Shown here: positions 63,240 through 64,000 of the stretch, piece by piece
Numbering within the stretch: position 1 is the first letter of the stretch
How the letters are laid out: each line of letters begins with the position of its first letter
Origin: Eledone cirrhosa
Taxonomy: Eukaryota
Reading direction: 5' to 3'
Assembly (NCBI GenBank): GCA_964016885.1
Contig: OZ024743.1
Location: 90,706,001-90,770,000 of the forward strand
DNA length: 64,000 nt
Translations under genes and position numbers: made by a program
The notes under the pieces: generated by a model
What the model saw: only the letters and a program-made list of their open reading frames with translations
Databases searched by the model: none
Told to the model about the DNA's origin: nothing

Positions 63240-64000
63240 CAACTATGGAATTTACAACTGCAATGCTGCGACGTCACCTTAAAAATAAACGCAACCATGC
63301 CTCTCCTGGTCTTGATGGTGTTACGTACCTGCTTCTCAAACGTGGTGGGTACTTCCTTCTGCACCAGCTATCACGCTTCTTCCAATTCTGTCTGAACAAC
63401 GGTGCTACTCCAGAACAGTGGAAATTCCTCTGTTCAAAAAGGGTGACCGCACATCACCTGTGAACTATTGTCCAGTCAGTCTTACTAGCTGCATTGCCAA
63501 ACTGATGGAATCCTGTGTCAGAGAAACACTTTGGAACTTCTGGAACTCTCACAGTCTTACCCGGCCCACGCAATTTGGATTTATCCCTAACTCCAGCTGT
63601 TGTGATCAACTTATCGAGTTTCTTGAACACATCACCCTGATCACTGATAGCGGCTCATGGGTGGATGTTGTTTACCTTGATTTTGCTAAAGCTTTCAATT
63701 CTGTGCCACACAAAAGGCTTATGGCAAAACTCTCGGCAATGGGTGTGAAGGATGATCTTTTTAACTGGTTGAAGTCCTTCATTCTCTGTCGAAGAGAGGT
63801 AGTCACAGTTCTAGGACAGCATTCCTCACTATATGAGATGTCATCTGGTGTACCGCAGGGATCTGTTCTTGGCCCCCTTTTGCTTGTGGCTTATATTAAT
63901 GACATAGATGCCAACTTAAAGAATGCCACAGTACTAAAATATGCAGATGACAACAAGCTGTACCTTGAGATAAAAAGGACAGATCCTGAACACTATAGAT
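63235..64000 (+). mobile_element. CR1-group LINE reverse transcriptase fragment, runs off the window
   Basis: SPGLDG, PVSLTSCIAKLME, QFGF, YLDFAKAFNSVPH, SGVPQGSVLGPLL, YADD. Confidence 0.9.

Noticed and set aside
795-63395. Many short ORFs rich in YI, CV, HT, RE or poly-I/L/N/Y
   Set aside because: Translations of (TA)n, (CA)n, (GA)n and (TAA)n microsatellites.

Overview
AT-rich, microsatellite-dense eukaryotic DNA, most likely a coleoid cephalopod such as Octopus (inferred from Nin/Deu-domain tRNA SINEs, RTE tails and (TA)n/(TAA)n density). Most of the window is transposon-derived: a near full-length Tx1/L1 LINE plus fragments, four R4/Dong-type RLE LINE families chained on (TAA)n, RTE and CR1 fragments, three Penelope-like relics, a Helitron, SINEs, a hAT-type MITE and a probable solo LTR. 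Two things are not explained by the ORF track. (1) Two convergent, spliced, paralogous host genes: gene A on + (exons 9243-9491, 11616-11696, 33583-33749) and gene B on - (56995-56825, 55683-55612, 53756-50920). They share phase-1 exon architecture and four aligned cysteines ending in [LI]GC; in B the last exon runs into a ~2.75 kb 54/48-bp coding minisatellite that is open on both strands. (2) Many hammerhead-ribozyme cores, several in small fold-back elements sitting in (TA)n and sharing a TTGAGYRCT-like tail motif. All calls were made by eye; no databases were searched.
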